A DNA stretch of 64,000 nucleotides from a virus: IMG/VR virus record IMGVR_UViG_3300038427_000078. One strand, 5' to 3'. How positions within the stretch are numbered: the first letter of the stretch is position 1; the number at the start of each line of letters is the position of its first letter. Below, piece after piece: positions 23,452-33,660 of this stretch. The position numbers and the translations under genes are program-made. The notes beneath the pieces are model-generated. The model was not told the DNA's origin. It was given only the letters and a program-made list of their open reading frames with translations, and did not search any database.

Positions 23452-26172
23452 ATGGCTGACGAGAACCAACTACTACGGGCAGAGCTAGACAAACTCCGTA
23501 GACACGGGATGACTCTTCCGCGTCACAGCGGACGCGCTGCTCAGTCTTACGGCGAGGCAGTTCACACGAATCACGCGCTTCTACAGGCGGCAGGGCATGA
23601 CCTAGACCGCCTCGGAGTCAGGCTTGGGCGCAGCATCACGCAGGACAACTACGATTCGTCAGTCAAGAACATGCTGGGCGAGAACCAGGCCAAGATGCAG
23701 GCCATGCAGAGCAAACGCAGCATGAGCTATCGCAGCCAGGGAGCTAGCCCGCACCTGGGCGCAAGCCGTCGTGAGCACTACCGCATGTCAGCGGTTGACC
23801 ACCAATCCAACTTCGGTGGAAACCCCGGCGTCGGAACCTCGACAGGAGGCGATGCCTACAACGCCATCCCGCGTTTCTACGATCCGCTTGAGTATTGGGA
23901 CATCAGCGGCCTGCCGTGGAATGTTGCGGACGAAGGCCATCGTCACAAGCTCCACAAGTGGCTGCGCTTGTACTACGCCACCCACTACCTCGTCCCGATC
24001 CTGATCGACATCTTCACCCGCTTCCCGCTCGTCGGCATGGAGCTTGAGTGCAAGGATCCGAAGCTCAAAGAAGTGTACGAGTCGATCTTCCTCGACAACC
24101 TCAAATACGAAGACTTCCTCGTTGGCCTCGGTCGCGAGTATTGGGTCGTCGGAGAGGCGTTCCCTCTCGCGTCCTTTGATGAGGACTTGGGCGTGTGGGA
24201 GCATGAGGAGTTGATCAACCCCGAGGACATCGTGATCAACAACTTCCCGTTCCTCAACTCCAAGCAGTTGAAGATCGCTCCGCCCGACTACCTCAAGCGC
24301 ATCGCACAGACCAAGCTCCCGGCTCGCGAGTATTACCTCCTGCGCGAGAACTTCGAGGACTTGATCCCGTACTTGCTCAAGGGTGAACACATCCCGATCA
24401 GCCCGGTGATGATGCGCCACGTCGCCAACAAGATGAACAATTGGGACGACCACGGCACCCCGATTCTTCTACGCGGCATGCGAACCTTGCTCCATGAGGA
24501 AAAGCTCATGGCCTCGCAGGAAGCCATCGCTGAGCGTCTGTACTCGCCGTTGATCCTCGCCAAGCTAGGGATCATGGACATGGGCGACGGCCTCCCGCCG
24601 TGGCTCCCCGGCCCGGAAGAGCTTGAGTCCGTCCGTGACGACCTCGACATCGCGCTGTCATCTGACTTCCGCGTCATGGTCCACCACTTCGGCCTTGAGA
24701 TTTCCAACGTGTTCGGGCGCGAGCAGATGCCTCGCCTGGGCGACGACTTCGACCGCATCGAGCGCAGGCTCATGCAGGTGTTCGGCGTGAACCCGTCACT
24801 GCTCTCAGCGGGCAGCAACACACAGCCGTACGCCTCTAGCGCGCTACAAGCCGAGTTCATGAACCAGATCCTCCGCACGTTCCAGGGCATGCTCAAGGAG
24901 CACTACCGCGAGCGTGCTCTCGTCGTGGCTGAGGCGCAGGGCCACTACGACTACGAGACAAAGGGTGACACACGCATCCCGATTTGGGAAAAAGTCGCCA
25001 TCACCGACGAGGAGACAGGTGAGCGTCACATCGAGGAGGTACAGAAGCTCCTGGTCCCGGACCTCAAGTTCGCGACCTTCGACATGCGCGACCAGGCTAC
25101 CGAGCGTCAGTTCCTCATGGCCCTCCGTCAGATGGGCGTCCCGATCCCGAACGAGGATCTGCTCATCGGCATCGACTGGAACTACCGCGAAAAGGTCTTG
25201 CAGTACAACCGCGAGTTGAAGGAGCAGACCATCGCTCAGCAGCGCGCGAAGCTCGACACCTACATCGCTCTCGCCACGCAGGGACTCCCGATCCCGCTCG
25301 ACCTCAAGGCCGAGGTTGAGTCCGTGCTAGTCCACGGAGCAGGCGCAGGTGGGGGTATGCCCGAAGGCGGCGGTGGAGGCATGGCAGGAGCACAGCAGCA
25401 GAAACCAGGCGGCATGCCCGGATCAGTTGGTCCTGCCGGTGGCCCGCCTGAACTTGGACCTCCTGGCGGCGGTGGTGGAGGCATCAACATGCCGCCTCCG
25501 CCTCCTGGCCTTGGCTCAGGACCGGGCACCGCGCCTCCTGGCGGCGGAGCACCGGCAGCTAGCCCGATGGCTCCTGGTCCCGCAGGCACCGTCCCGCAGG
25601 TGAGCAACGAGCGTCGTCCTGGCCTGAAATACAACACGTCGAACCAGGGCCACCCGATCATCGGTGCTCGCGAGGGCAGCGACTTCGATCAGTTCATGGC
25701 CGACTACCCCGACCTGGGCCTCCCGTTCGTGGACTACGTGGCCGACAACACAGAGGACGAGCTAGACAAGATCGACCGTGGTACCCTGCTATCGTTGAGC
25801 AAGGCATGGCCGAAGAATGCAGCAGCATACCAGCACAAGGTTGCAGAGGAGGTCGCGGTATATCTCGCGAACACCCCGGATTCAGAGCCGGAGCCTGCTA
25901 AAGTAGAGCCACCAGTTGAGTTCACACTCAAGGCGAATCAGGAGCTACGGAAAGTAAAGGGTGAGCCAGATCGCATCATCGAGACACCTTCCAAGAAACG
26001 GATCAAGCACAAGGTCGCGACTGACAAGAAGTACACTGTCGTTGACCCGGTGGAAAAGCCGCTTCGTGTAACACCCGAGGAAGAAGCCAAGCTCCGCAAG
26101 GCGTATTTCAAGGCCAACAAGATACCACTACCAAAGGATGAGAATGAGTCAACCGAGCCAAAGTCCTCTTGA
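23452..26172 (+). CDS. portal protein with long Gly/Pro-rich C-terminal extension
   Basis: position near the terminase; HGTPILLR motif and VFGVNPSLL helix typical of portal folds. Confidence 0.75.
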   Translation: MADENQLLRAELDKLRRHGMTLPRHSGRAAQSYGEAVHTNHALLQAAGHDLDRLGVRLGRSITQDNYDSSVKNMLGENQAKMQAMQSKRSMSYRSQGASPHLGASRREHYRMSAVDHQSNFGGNPGVGTSTGGDAYNAIPRFYDPLEYWDISGLPWNVADEGHRHKLHKWLRLYYATHYLVPILIDIFTRFPLVGMELECKDPKLKEVYESIFLDNLKYEDFLVGLGREYWVVGEAFPLASFDEDLGVWEHEELINPEDIVINNFPFLNSKQLKIAPPDYLKRIAQTKLPAREYYLLRENFEDLIPYLLKGEHIPISPVMMRHVANKMNNWDDHGTPILLRGMRTLLHEEKLMASQEAIAERLYSPLILAKLGIMDMGDGLPPWLPGPEELESVRDDLDIALSSDFRVMVHHFGLEISNVFGREQMPRLGDDFDRIERRLMQVFGVNPSLLSAGSNTQPYASSALQAEFMNQILRTFQGMLKEHYRERALVVAEAQGHYDYETKGDTRIPIWEKVAITDEETGERHIEEVQKLLVPDLKFATFDMRDQATERQFLMALRQMGVPIPNEDLLIGIDWNYREKVLQYNRELKEQTIAQQRAKLDTYIALATQGLPIPLDLKAEVESVLVHGAGAGGGMPEGGGGGMAGAQQQKPGGMPGSVGPAGGPPELGPPGGGGGGINMPPPPPGLGSGPGTAPPGGGAPAASPMAPGPAGTVPQVSNERRPGLKYNTSNQGHPIIGAREGSDFDQFMADYPDLGLPFVDYVADNTEDELDKIDRGTLLSLSKAWPKNAAAYQHKVAEEVAVYLANTPDSEPEPAKVEPPVEFTLKANQELRKVKGEPDRIIETPSKKRIKHKVATDKKYTVVDPVEKPLRVTPEEEAKLRKAYFKANKIPLPKDENESTEPKSS

Positions 26173-27457
26173 CGACCCGAAAGTTCATAGGCTAGTCCGA
26201 GAGTACATCGCCGCAGGTAAGACCAACAGCAGCATCGTTTCATCACTCAGCACCCAAGGTGTTCTCACCACCAAGGACTCCATCCGGAGGTTCCGCAAGC
26301 GTAACGGCCTAGCCCCGCCGTCTAACTCCCCACTCCGACCGGGCGTGAAGGTAGAGAAGGGCACAGCAGAGGTCACGACTCCCCGCCAGGTCGGGGTCAA
26401 GCTCGATGACCCGGACACCATGCTTGAAGAACGTGGCCTTGATCCCGCCGAGTGGGACATCGAGGGCGCAGTCATCAACGAGTGGGATGGCCCGAGCCAA
26501 GAGGGTCCGGTCACGTACCACCAGGCGAAGCTCCGCCTCAAGCGCAACGTGGACTCGTTCATCTTCCCGGCCCGTAGCGATGGGTGGAAAGCGCCGCAGC
26601 GCAGTCTCCCGACAGAGGGATCACACCTTGTCGCCATCATAGGCGACCAGCAGGAGCCGTTCGCGGACGAGAACCTGCACTACCTACTCTGCGGCTGGCT
26701 CGAACAGAACCAGCCCGACGAGATTGTCAGCCTCGGTGACACTGTGGACTTTCCGGACATCAGCCGTCACAGGCTAGACCCGGAGAACGGAGCCACGGTC
26801 AACGAGTGTATCCAGACCGGCTACGACAACCTACGCGGCGTACGTCAGGCTGCCCCGAATGCGCGCATCCGCAAACTTGCAGGCAACCACGATGAGCGCA
26901 TGCGCAACATCCTGCTCGACAAGCCAGCAGTGCGGTCGCTCTACGGCGTCAAGCAGGCGGACACCCCGGACGAGGATGGCCCGCCCGTGCTCTCGATCCC
27001 TCACTTGCTTCGCTTGGACGAGTTGGGCATCGAGTACGTAGATCCTTCGGGTCCGTATGACATGGCGCAGATCAACCTCAGCGACCACTTGGCTGTGCGC
27101 CACGGCTGGATCGCCCGACAGGGATCAGGCGTGTCGGCTCTCGCTACGCTCGACTACCTCGGTTACTCCTGCATCGTGGGTCACACCCACCGTCAGTCAC
27201 TCATCTACAAAACTCGCCACGACATCGACGGCGGCACGACGACACTGACGGCTGCCGAGGCAGGCTGCCTCTGCAAAATCGATCAGAAGCCGTACAAGGG
27301 CAGGCAGTGGCCGAACTACACGGTCGCTCCCGACTGGCAACAGGGCTTCTCCACGGCGGTCGTTCACGCCGATGGCACGTTCAGGATCGAGAACGCAACC
27401 TACGTCAAGACGAAGGGCAAGGGCGTTCTTCTGTGGAGGGACGAACAGTACCGCTGA
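26144..27457 (+). CDS. calcineurin-like metallophosphoesterase with N-terminal HTH-like domain
   Basis: GD, LGDTVD, GNHD, RHG, GHTHR motifs. Confidence 0.85.
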   Translation: MSQPSQSPLDDPKVHRLVREYIAAGKTNSSIVSSLSTQGVLTTKDSIRRFRKRNGLAPPSNSPLRPGVKVEKGTAEVTTPRQVGVKLDDPDTMLEERGLDPAEWDIEGAVINEWDGPSQEGPVTYHQAKLRLKRNVDSFIFPARSDGWKAPQRSLPTEGSHLVAIIGDQQEPFADENLHYLLCGWLEQNQPDEIVSLGDTVDFPDISRHRLDPENGATVNECIQTGYDNLRGVRQAAPNARIRKLAGNHDERMRNILLDKPAVRSLYGVKQADTPDEDGPPVLSIPHLLRLDELGIEYVDPSGPYDMAQINLSDHLAVRHGWIARQGSGVSALATLDYLGYSCIVGHTHRQSLIYKTRHDIDGGTTTLTAAEAGCLCKIDQKPYKGRQWPNYTVAPDWQQGFSTAVVHADGTFRIENATYVKTKGKGVLLWRDEQYR

Positions 27458-27535
27458 GCACTTGACAAGGGTGCTATAGTGTAGTTCATCGGGTGGCTGG
27501 AAGGCCACAAAGCGTAGTAGAGTCGAAAGGGCGTC

Positions 27536-27727
27536 ATGGGCGCTAGAGCAAAGAAGAGGAAGGCTGACGAGCAGACGTACCAGCAGAAGAAGAACGCCGT
27601 CTGCATCGTCCTGTATGACACGACTGGTGAGACTCTGAGTCCCGTCGCGCGTGAGGAGTTTGAGGAAGCGGCTCTCCGAGTCGCGCAGCATCATCCGAAC
27701 GTCCTGCTAAGCATCTCGGATACCTGA
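27536..27727 (+). CDS. hypothetical protein
   Basis: downstream of a TTGACA promoter; GC3-biased ORF. Confidence 0.6.
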   Translation: MGARAKKRKADEQTYQQKKNAVCIVLYDTTGETLSPVAREEFEEAALRVAQHHPNVLLSISDT

Positions 27728-27728
27728 G

Positions 27729-27929
27729 ATGGGCATCAAGCCAGCAGGTGACTTCGAGGTCACGCCTGTCACCATGGAGGGCAAGAAACCCCGTGGCGTT
27801 GCCTGGTGCAAACGCTGCGGGCGCAAGCATGCCAGGAAGTCAGAGTGCGATCTGGTAGAATACGAGCCAGGTCGTTTCATGGGCCGTCAATCCTACGAGA
27901 AGAGAAAGGCAGAAGAGAATGGCGAGTGA
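27729..27929 (+). CDS. small Zn-finger protein
   Basis: CKRCGRKH...C. Confidence 0.55.
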   Translation: MGIKPAGDFEVTPVTMEGKKPRGVAWCKRCGRKHARKSECDLVEYEPGRFMGRQSYEKRKAEENGE

Positions 27930-28347
27930 TCAAGTACGCGGGGTAGACCCCGACACAGGAGGGGAAAAGGGACTCAAGCTCGCATCGATAGGCGATGCTT
28001 GTCCGAAAGCCCTCATGGAGATTGCCAAGGTCTATGGACATGGACGCAAGAAGTACAGTCGGGGCAACTACCTCAGCGGCTATACGTGGAGTTCGTCATA
28101 CGACGCTCTACAGCGGCACCTACTGCTCTTTTGGGCCGGGGAGGAACGCGACGGCGAAGGCGTAGTCAACGAGTTGGTCGAGCAGGGCGCGGACCCCAAC
28201 GATGCGTGGCAGCAAGTGATCGACTCGACGGACGACGAGGGACACTCGCTCTACTCAGGGCTGCATCACATGGCCCACGCCGGATGGCACTGCATCTGCC
28301 TCCTGGCGTTCACCATTCGGAAAATCGGAACGGATGATCGACTATGA
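27919..28347 (+). CDS. dATP/dGTP diphosphohydrolase-domain protein (DUF5664-like)
   Basis: GxxKYSRGNY...YDALQRHL...SGLHHMAHAGW. Confidence 0.8.
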   Translation: MASDQVRGVDPDTGGEKGLKLASIGDACPKALMEIAKVYGHGRKKYSRGNYLSGYTWSSSYDALQRHLLLFWAGEERDGEGVVNELVEQGADPNDAWQQVIDSTDDEGHSLYSGLHHMAHAGWHCICLLAFTIRKIGTDDRL

Positions 28348-28700
28348 ACCTCAACGAGTATCAGCGCAAGGCTGAGGAGACTGCCACATGGGGCACCTTC
28401 TCACAGGGCGACGGCAAGGGCGTAGGCGAGCCGGGAGGCATTCCTGGCGTGGTCTACTGCGCTCTCGGACTCACAGGCGAGGCCGGGGAGGTTGCGGACG
28501 ACTTGAAGAAGGCGTACCGCAACGATGGGATCATCACGTTCGAGCGGCGGGAGAAGATCCTTGAGGAGCTTGGCGACGTGCAGTGGTACCTCGCTCTGCT
28601 CACGACGGAACTTGGTGCTACACTAGACGACGTAGCGCAAAGGAACCTCACGAAGCTCGCGAAGCGGAAGAGGAAAAACGAACTCAAGGAGCACGCATGA
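28344..28700 (+). CDS. MazG-like nucleotide pyrophosphohydrolase
   Basis: LGLTGEAGEVAD...EELGDVQWY. Confidence 0.88.
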   Translation: MNLNEYQRKAEETATWGTFSQGDGKGVGEPGGIPGVVYCALGLTGEAGEVADDLKKAYRNDGIITFERREKILEELGDVQWYLALLTTELGATLDDVAQRNLTKLAKRKRKNELKEHA

Positions 28701-29257
28701 GCACCCAGGCGGAGCACGACCTATTCATGAGGTTCCCCGGAATGACGCGGGAGCAGATTGAGCGCCAGTTGAGCGAGAGGCTTGAGGACGACCTACGGGA
28801 CTTCCAGTTCCAAGTGCTACCCTCAGACGTGCCGCACCTACAGGCCGTAGCAGCCGATCCTAGACCAACCGTCTATCTCGCAGGACACATTTCAGCGGAC
28901 AACTACCGCAAGGTGGCAACAACCTACCTGGACGACTACGGATGGGAGGTTCTGGACCCGTTCGTGCGGGCCGACTTCCGTGACCGAGACAACCTCGACA
29001 TGGCTGCTCTCTCAGAGGAGATTGTCGAAGGCGACCTCAACGACATCAAACGGTCGCAGGCTGTCTTGGCCGACTGCACCATCGGCAGCCCCGGTACATC
29101 GATGGAGATTTGGTACGCGAACTCGATTGGGCGTCCAGTGTACGCCTTCGTGGAGCGTGGCAATCGCATCAGCCCATGGGTTCACTACGTGGCCCATGAG
29201 AAAGTGGAGGAGACTCTATCTGATGCGCTCGTAAGACTTGTAGGTGACTACCAGTGA
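28697..29257 (+). CDS. nucleoside 2-deoxyribosyltransferase-like protein
   Basis: VYLAG...LDP...DLNDI...SPGTSMEIWYA. Confidence 0.8.
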   Translation: MSTQAEHDLFMRFPGMTREQIERQLSERLEDDLRDFQFQVLPSDVPHLQAVAADPRPTVYLAGHISADNYRKVATTYLDDYGWEVLDPFVRADFRDRDNLDMAALSEEIVEGDLNDIKRSQAVLADCTIGSPGTSMEIWYANSIGRPVYAFVERGNRISPWVHYVAHEKVEETLSDALVRLVGDYQ

Positions 29258-29388
29258 GGATCGCACTCACGTACATCGCGGTGGTAGCGTTCGCCGGGAT
29301 CGGAGTGGTGGCCTTCACGGAAGCCAACTACAAGGTAGGCGTTGCAACAATCATGCTGGCGTGCGCTAACGCACTCCTGCTACTATAG
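29254..29388 (+). CDS. small membrane protein
   Basis: 44 aa, hydrophobic, GTGA coupling. Confidence 0.5.
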   Translation: MRIALTYIAVVAFAGIGVVAFTEANYKVGVATIMLACANALLLL

Positions 29389-29397
29389 GAGGTAGTC

Positions 29398-29817
29398 ATG
29401 AAAGCAAACATACTGTACGTCGCAGGGCCAATGAGTCACATTCCGCAGTACAACGTTCCAGCGTTCCTAGACGCTGAGAAGGACTTGCTCGCAAGGGGCA
29501 AGAAGGTTGTGCTGCCGGTAGACCTCAACCGGCCCGAGGAGGTCGCGAAACTGATGGCGTGCCCGTTGGGTACTGAGTCAGCGACCGGACGGACCTGGGA
29601 GGAACTTCTCTCAGAAGACTTGCTCCTGATCCACAAGGAGGGCGTCGAAGCAATCTGCGTCCTACCCGGATGGCAGCGTTCACGCGGTGCGAGGTTGGAG
29701 ACATTCTACGGTCGCTTGCGCAACCTAGAGATTGTCCACTACCCGAGCCTGCGCGCAGTCGCAGCCAAAGACATTCAGGTGGCGCACGGCGTCCCTTTAG
29801 GAGTGACTAACTACTGA
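29398..29817 (+). CDS. DUF4406-like (deoxyribosyltransferase fold) protein
   Basis: YVAGPMS...LPGWQRSRGARLE. Confidence 0.8.
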   Translation: MKANILYVAGPMSHIPQYNVPAFLDAEKDLLARGKKVVLPVDLNRPEEVAKLMACPLGTESATGRTWEELLSEDLLLIHKEGVEAICVLPGWQRSRGARLETFYGRLRNLEIVHYPSLRAVAAKDIQVAHGVPLGVTNY

Positions 29818-30122
29818 TGCCAGAGACAGCTTCCCAAAGACGATGGATGAAGGCTAACCCTGAGAAGGTAGCCGAGTATATGCGAAACACTAGGAAGCGT
29901 TTCCCTGAGAGGGAGCGCGCTAGGGTGATACTGAATCGCGCTATTCGCAGAGGGGAGATAGTTCGTCCAACAGTCTGTGAAGATTGTGGTCGTTACGAGG
30001 GCTGGAATAATGAACCCCTTCCTGGCAAGGGCGTCATCGAGGGTCATCATACGGACTATACGCAACCCCTGATCGTTGAATGGCTTTGTCGGTTATGTCA
30101 TAACGAGATGAGGTTGGTCTGA
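29817..30122 (+). CDS. HNH-type endonuclease
   Basis: CEDCG...IEGHHTDY..PLIVEWLCRLCH. Confidence 0.8.
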   Translation: MPETASQRRWMKANPEKVAEYMRNTRKRFPERERARVILNRAIRRGEIVRPTVCEDCGRYEGWNNEPLPGKGVIEGHHTDYTQPLIVEWLCRLCHNEMRLV

Positions 30123-30427
30123 TGCCCTACGTAGCCCCGGAGATAAAGGAGGAGTTGGTAGACGGTCGCATCCCTGAGAATGTGGGAGAGCTTACCTTCT
30201 GCGTCACTAGCCAGCTAGCGATGTACCTGGACGAAAAGCTCTCCCGCACGGGAGGGATTCACTACCAGGATCTTGCCGAGTGCAAAGCTGCACTGGTGGG
30301 TGCCCTGCGCGACTTCAATGAGCGCGTTGAGGCTCCCTACGAGAAGAAGAAGGCCGAAGAGAACGGCGACGTGTGGGGAAGAGGGGTGATCGAGTATGTC
30401 GGAGGCGACTTCTACGGATACCTTTGA
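30122..30427 (+). CDS. conserved-type phage hypothetical protein
   Basis: MPY...GEL...APYEKKKAEENGDV. Confidence 0.7.
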   Translation: MPYVAPEIKEELVDGRIPENVGELTFCVTSQLAMYLDEKLSRTGGIHYQDLAECKAALVGALRDFNERVEAPYEKKKAEENGDVWGRGVIEYVGGDFYGYL

Positions 30428-30492
30428 TGACAGCGATCTACCGGATCCGACCGAACCTTTAGGTTTCACTTCGGTTCTACGGCGTAATATAT

Positions 30493-30903
30493 GTGGAGTG
30501 TTCATTTCCAGGATGCGATCACCCCGTTCGTTGCAAGGGACTGTGTAGTGGTCACTACTATCAGAAGATCAAGGGCCGTAAGCGGCGTCCTCTCCATCGC
30601 GGGCGAGAACCGATTACAGACGGTTCGGGAGGATGGAGCACTAAAGACGGATACCGAGAAGTCAAGGCTCATGGTCATCCCAATGCGGATTCTAAGGGTC
30701 AGATTCTTGAGCATCGGCTGGTCATGGCAGAACATCTTGGTCGCGCACTTCTTCCGGACGAGACAGTACATCACAAGAAGGGTAATCGGTCTGACAACCG
30801 CATCGAGAATCTTGAGTTGTGGACGACCAATCATCCCAAGGGTCAACGGGTCGAGGATCTGCTACAGTGGGCTGATGAACTCATTGAGCGGTATCGAGGG
30901 TGA
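30493..30903 (+). CDS. HNH homing endonuclease
   Basis: EHRLVMAEHLGR...VHHKKGNRSDNRIENLELW. Confidence 0.9.
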   Translation: MECSFPGCDHPVRCKGLCSGHYYQKIKGRKRRPLHRGREPITDGSGGWSTKDGYREVKAHGHPNADSKGQILEHRLVMAEHLGRALLPDETVHHKKGNRSDNRIENLELWTTNHPKGQRVEDLLQWADELIERYRG

Positions 30904-30906
30904 GTC

Positions 30907-31110
30907 ATGAGAACTTGTTGGTGCGGAGAACCGTTGTCGCATCTCAACCGGATATGTCCTGAGAAACCTATCCTTGTACGTGACGAGGGTGGCGAGTACA
31001 TAGCGACAGGCAGAGAGGCAAGAATTGAGCGTCACCGCTTGGCTGAGCAACGGGATAACGAACATGCACAACATCAGGCTGAACGCTGGCCGGAGAATGT
31101 GATGCCATGA
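30907..31110 (+). CDS. hypothetical protein
   Basis: ORF in coupled operon. Confidence 0.5.
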   Translation: MRTCWCGEPLSHLNRICPEKPILVRDEGGEYIATGREARIERHRLAEQRDNEHAQHQAERWPENVMP

Positions 31111-31373
31111 GCGAAACAGAGGACAATCTTCCCGACCCTACGGAACCAATAGCGGTCATCCGTCACCACTTGCATGAGGCGCTGCTGGTGATCGCGGACT
31201 CGCACGTCAAGTCGCAGGCAGAGGACTTGATCGAAGCGTTCCGTCACAGCACGCCTACGTCGAGGGAGTCGGCGTTGTCTCGTCGGCTCAATCGCTCGAA
31301 GATCATGCTCGCGGGCTACCTGGGTCTGCTTGACGACGAGGACGAGGATGGAATCGAGCTAGAGAATGAGTGA
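31107..31373 (+). CDS. hypothetical protein
   Basis: ATGA coupling. Confidence 0.6.
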   Translation: MSETEDNLPDPTEPIAVIRHHLHEALLVIADSHVKSQAEDLIEAFRHSTPTSRESALSRRLNRSKIMLAGYLGLLDDEDEDGIELENE

Positions 31374-31644
31374 CCACATCCCGCACAGGCACGCGGGAAG
31401 TCCCTTCTACAACCCGCCAGTGCCGATAGGCGACCCGGTTCCACCGCGCGTCAGCCTACCCGAGCCAGCGACGGCGTTCCCTCAGAAGCAGGCCGTGTAC
31501 GACGGACCCTCCGAACGTGAGCTTGAGGCGTGGTACAATGTCCTCAACGACATCGTGCAGTCACCACCCTTCGAGCATCGAAGCTCACTGTGGGACGAAC
31601 TCTCAGACCTTCGAGACTCCATCTACAGATACCTACGAGGATAG
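31366..31644 (+). CDS. hypothetical protein
   Basis: overlapping start; GC3 bias. Confidence 0.6.
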   Translation: MSDHIPHRHAGSPFYNPPVPIGDPVPPRVSLPEPATAFPQKQAVYDGPSERELEAWYNVLNDIVQSPPFEHRSSLWDELSDLRDSIYRYLRG

Positions 31645-31654
31645 AAAGGCAGAC

Positions 31655-32014
31655 ATGAACGAGAACGAACCATCAGTCGGAGACATCATCAAGGGCTTTC
31701 CGGCCTTCTTCACGCAGTACCTACTTGGCTTCGTGTGGGGCGGGCTGTGTGACGTGACCCTCGCGAGCCTTTGGCTTGGAAGCATCGCCCTTGGCTTGGC
31801 TACCTCATGGGAGCTAGGCGCAGCGGCGTTCTTCTTCGGCCACTTCTCCATCCGCACCACGAACGCGCTTGGACAGGCCGCAGTGCGTGCAGGGCGTGAA
31901 GTCAGGATGCCGTTGGGACGCATTGGCAACCTACTCACACCACCACCTCCGGTTGAGGCTGAGGCAGAGGAGACAGCACCAGAGCCAGATAAGGATCAAA
32001 CTTCCGAGACATAA
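31655..32014 (+). CDS. membrane protein
   Basis: RBS gaaagg; hydrophobic segments. Confidence 0.6.
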   Translation: MNENEPSVGDIIKGFPAFFTQYLLGFVWGGLCDVTLASLWLGSIALGLATSWELGAAAFFFGHFSIRTTNALGQAAVRAGREVRMPLGRIGNLLTPPPPVEAEAEETAPEPDKDQTSET

Positions 32015-32020
32015 TGGTTG

Positions 32021-32674
32021 ATGGACACAACGTACAGAATCCCGATCAACTCGCGCGTCAGGCTCAGGGACGGGATCGATCCCGCTCTCTACAAGGGCTT
32101 CTCATGCACGGGCAACGAGGGATGGGTCCGCAACCATCGTGCCGACGAGCACGGGTACCCGCAAGTTCTGATAGAGTGGGATCATGACCACTGGTCCTAC
32201 AACGGAGCACAGAACTGCTGGACCTGGGAGGAGCACTTCGATCTAGTGGAGGGAGCAGACATGCCAGAGAAAGATCCAGACAAGGTGAATAGACTGAAAG
32301 GCTTGGCGGATGCGTTCATCCAAGAGGTCTTGGGTCAAGAAACGGCGCAGCCCGAGGCGGCTAAGGTCGTCCCTGTGCCTACCCCGACAGGAGTCGAGGT
32401 TCCCGCAGAGCCAGAGGAGGACACGCCGGTCAACATCACCGCCGAGGCTATCGAGGCTCTTGGTAAGGCGAAAGCCTTCGTCGTCATCACGGTGCAGGAG
32501 GATGAGAAAGATGGGCAGAGACTCATTTACCCGGCCATTTATCAGCAGTCCGAGGACGAAAAGTGGGCGCTGATCTGTCAGGGCCACATCGGTCACCTAC
32601 TCACACTTCTCCACGACTCGCTTCTCCAAGAGAAGCTAATCAAGAACCAGATGGACAACCAGAATGCCGAGTGA
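32021..32674 (+). CDS. hypothetical protein (SH3-like N-terminus possible)
   Basis: long ORF with GC3 bias. Confidence 0.65.
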   Translation: MDTTYRIPINSRVRLRDGIDPALYKGFSCTGNEGWVRNHRADEHGYPQVLIEWDHDHWSYNGAQNCWTWEEHFDLVEGADMPEKDPDKVNRLKGLADAFIQEVLGQETAQPEAAKVVPVPTPTGVEVPAEPEEDTPVNITAEAIEALGKAKAFVVITVQEDEKDGQRLIYPAIYQQSEDEKWALICQGHIGHLLTLLHDSLLQEKLIKNQMDNQNAE

Positions 32675-32849
32675 CGTAGGCGCAGTCTGCGAGTGCTGTG
32701 AGGCCAGTCAGAAGAAGAAAGAGCAGCCAGTCCGCCATCTGGTAGCTCTTCCTGCTGTGCGCCAAGGTCCAGCCTTGGCTGTATGTGAGTGGTGCGACGA
32801 GCCTGTGATTCGTACGGCAGAAGCGACAGTCGCCCGCCATGCTACTTGA
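32664..32849 (+). CDS. small Zn-ribbon protein
   Basis: CECC...CEWC. Confidence 0.5.
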   Translation: MPSDVGAVCECCEASQKKKEQPVRHLVALPAVRQGPALAVCEWCDEPVIRTAEATVARHAT

Positions 32850-33660
32850 ACCGGGATCCGGCGTCAAAGCTCAGACGCCCGAAGAAGCCGAAGCGCTTGT
32901 CAACGGCGGGTACAAGAAGTGCTACAACCCGCAGTGCAACTTTCACCTGTCACCCGAGACACAGCAGACCGTAGTCGCGAACGGTGGCGGCTACTACACC
33001 TGCCCGAATGCGAAGTGCAAACAGTCACACGACCTGATGGAAGACCTTCCGTGGCATGGTGCCAGTGATGAGCAGGCTCAGTACAACGAGGACAAATTTC
33101 AGCAGGAACGCTACGAACCGACCGAAGAGACTTACAAGCCGGGATTCAGTCCAGGCGGCACCACGCGCATCGGCTTGAGCTTGCAGGAGCAGGCTCAGAT
33201 TGGGGAGGATGTCATCGAGCACCTGGGAAGCCTGCCAGGGTACGGACCTATCGTGTGGTGGCACCAGGGCGGCGCTACCGAAGCCTCACCGCTTGACGGC
33301 GCGACGAAGGAATGGGGTCTAGAGGTCAAGACCATCGGCTATGACGCTACCCACCACCGCTTCATTCCAGGCCGCACGTACGAGAAGGAAGCCAAGAACA
33401 AGCAGGCCGAGGAAATGGGCCTCAAGGGTATCCTGGGCATCCTGGTGCTGCTCAACTATCGCACCAGCGAGGCCGACGTGTACGTCAAAGAGATGCCCCT
33501 CACGCCGTGGCAGAACTCCAAGGGTCGCGAACTTCGCGGGGTGGCCTCATTCCGCTCGCAGGGCAGCACCCACTTGCTTGAGAGGGTCAAGTTCAACAAC
33601 CCGTTCATGAACCCGACAAGCAACACGCCTGCTGTGGCTGAGGACGACCTACCGTTCTGA
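32839..33660 (+). CDS. Zn-ribbon plus PD-(D/E)XK-like nuclease-fold protein
   Basis: CYNPQC/CPNAKC; GE...SPLD...LEVK. Confidence 0.55.
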   Translation: MLLEPGSGVKAQTPEEAEALVNGGYKKCYNPQCNFHLSPETQQTVVANGGGYYTCPNAKCKQSHDLMEDLPWHGASDEQAQYNEDKFQQERYEPTEETYKPGFSPGGTTRIGLSLQEQAQIGEDVIEHLGSLPGYGPIVWWHQGGATEASPLDGATKEWGLEVKTIGYDATHHRFIPGRTYEKEAKNKQAEEMGLKGILGILVLLNYRTSEADVYVKEMPLTPWQNSKGRELRGVASFRSQGSTHLLERVKFNNPFMNPTSNTPAVAEDDLPF

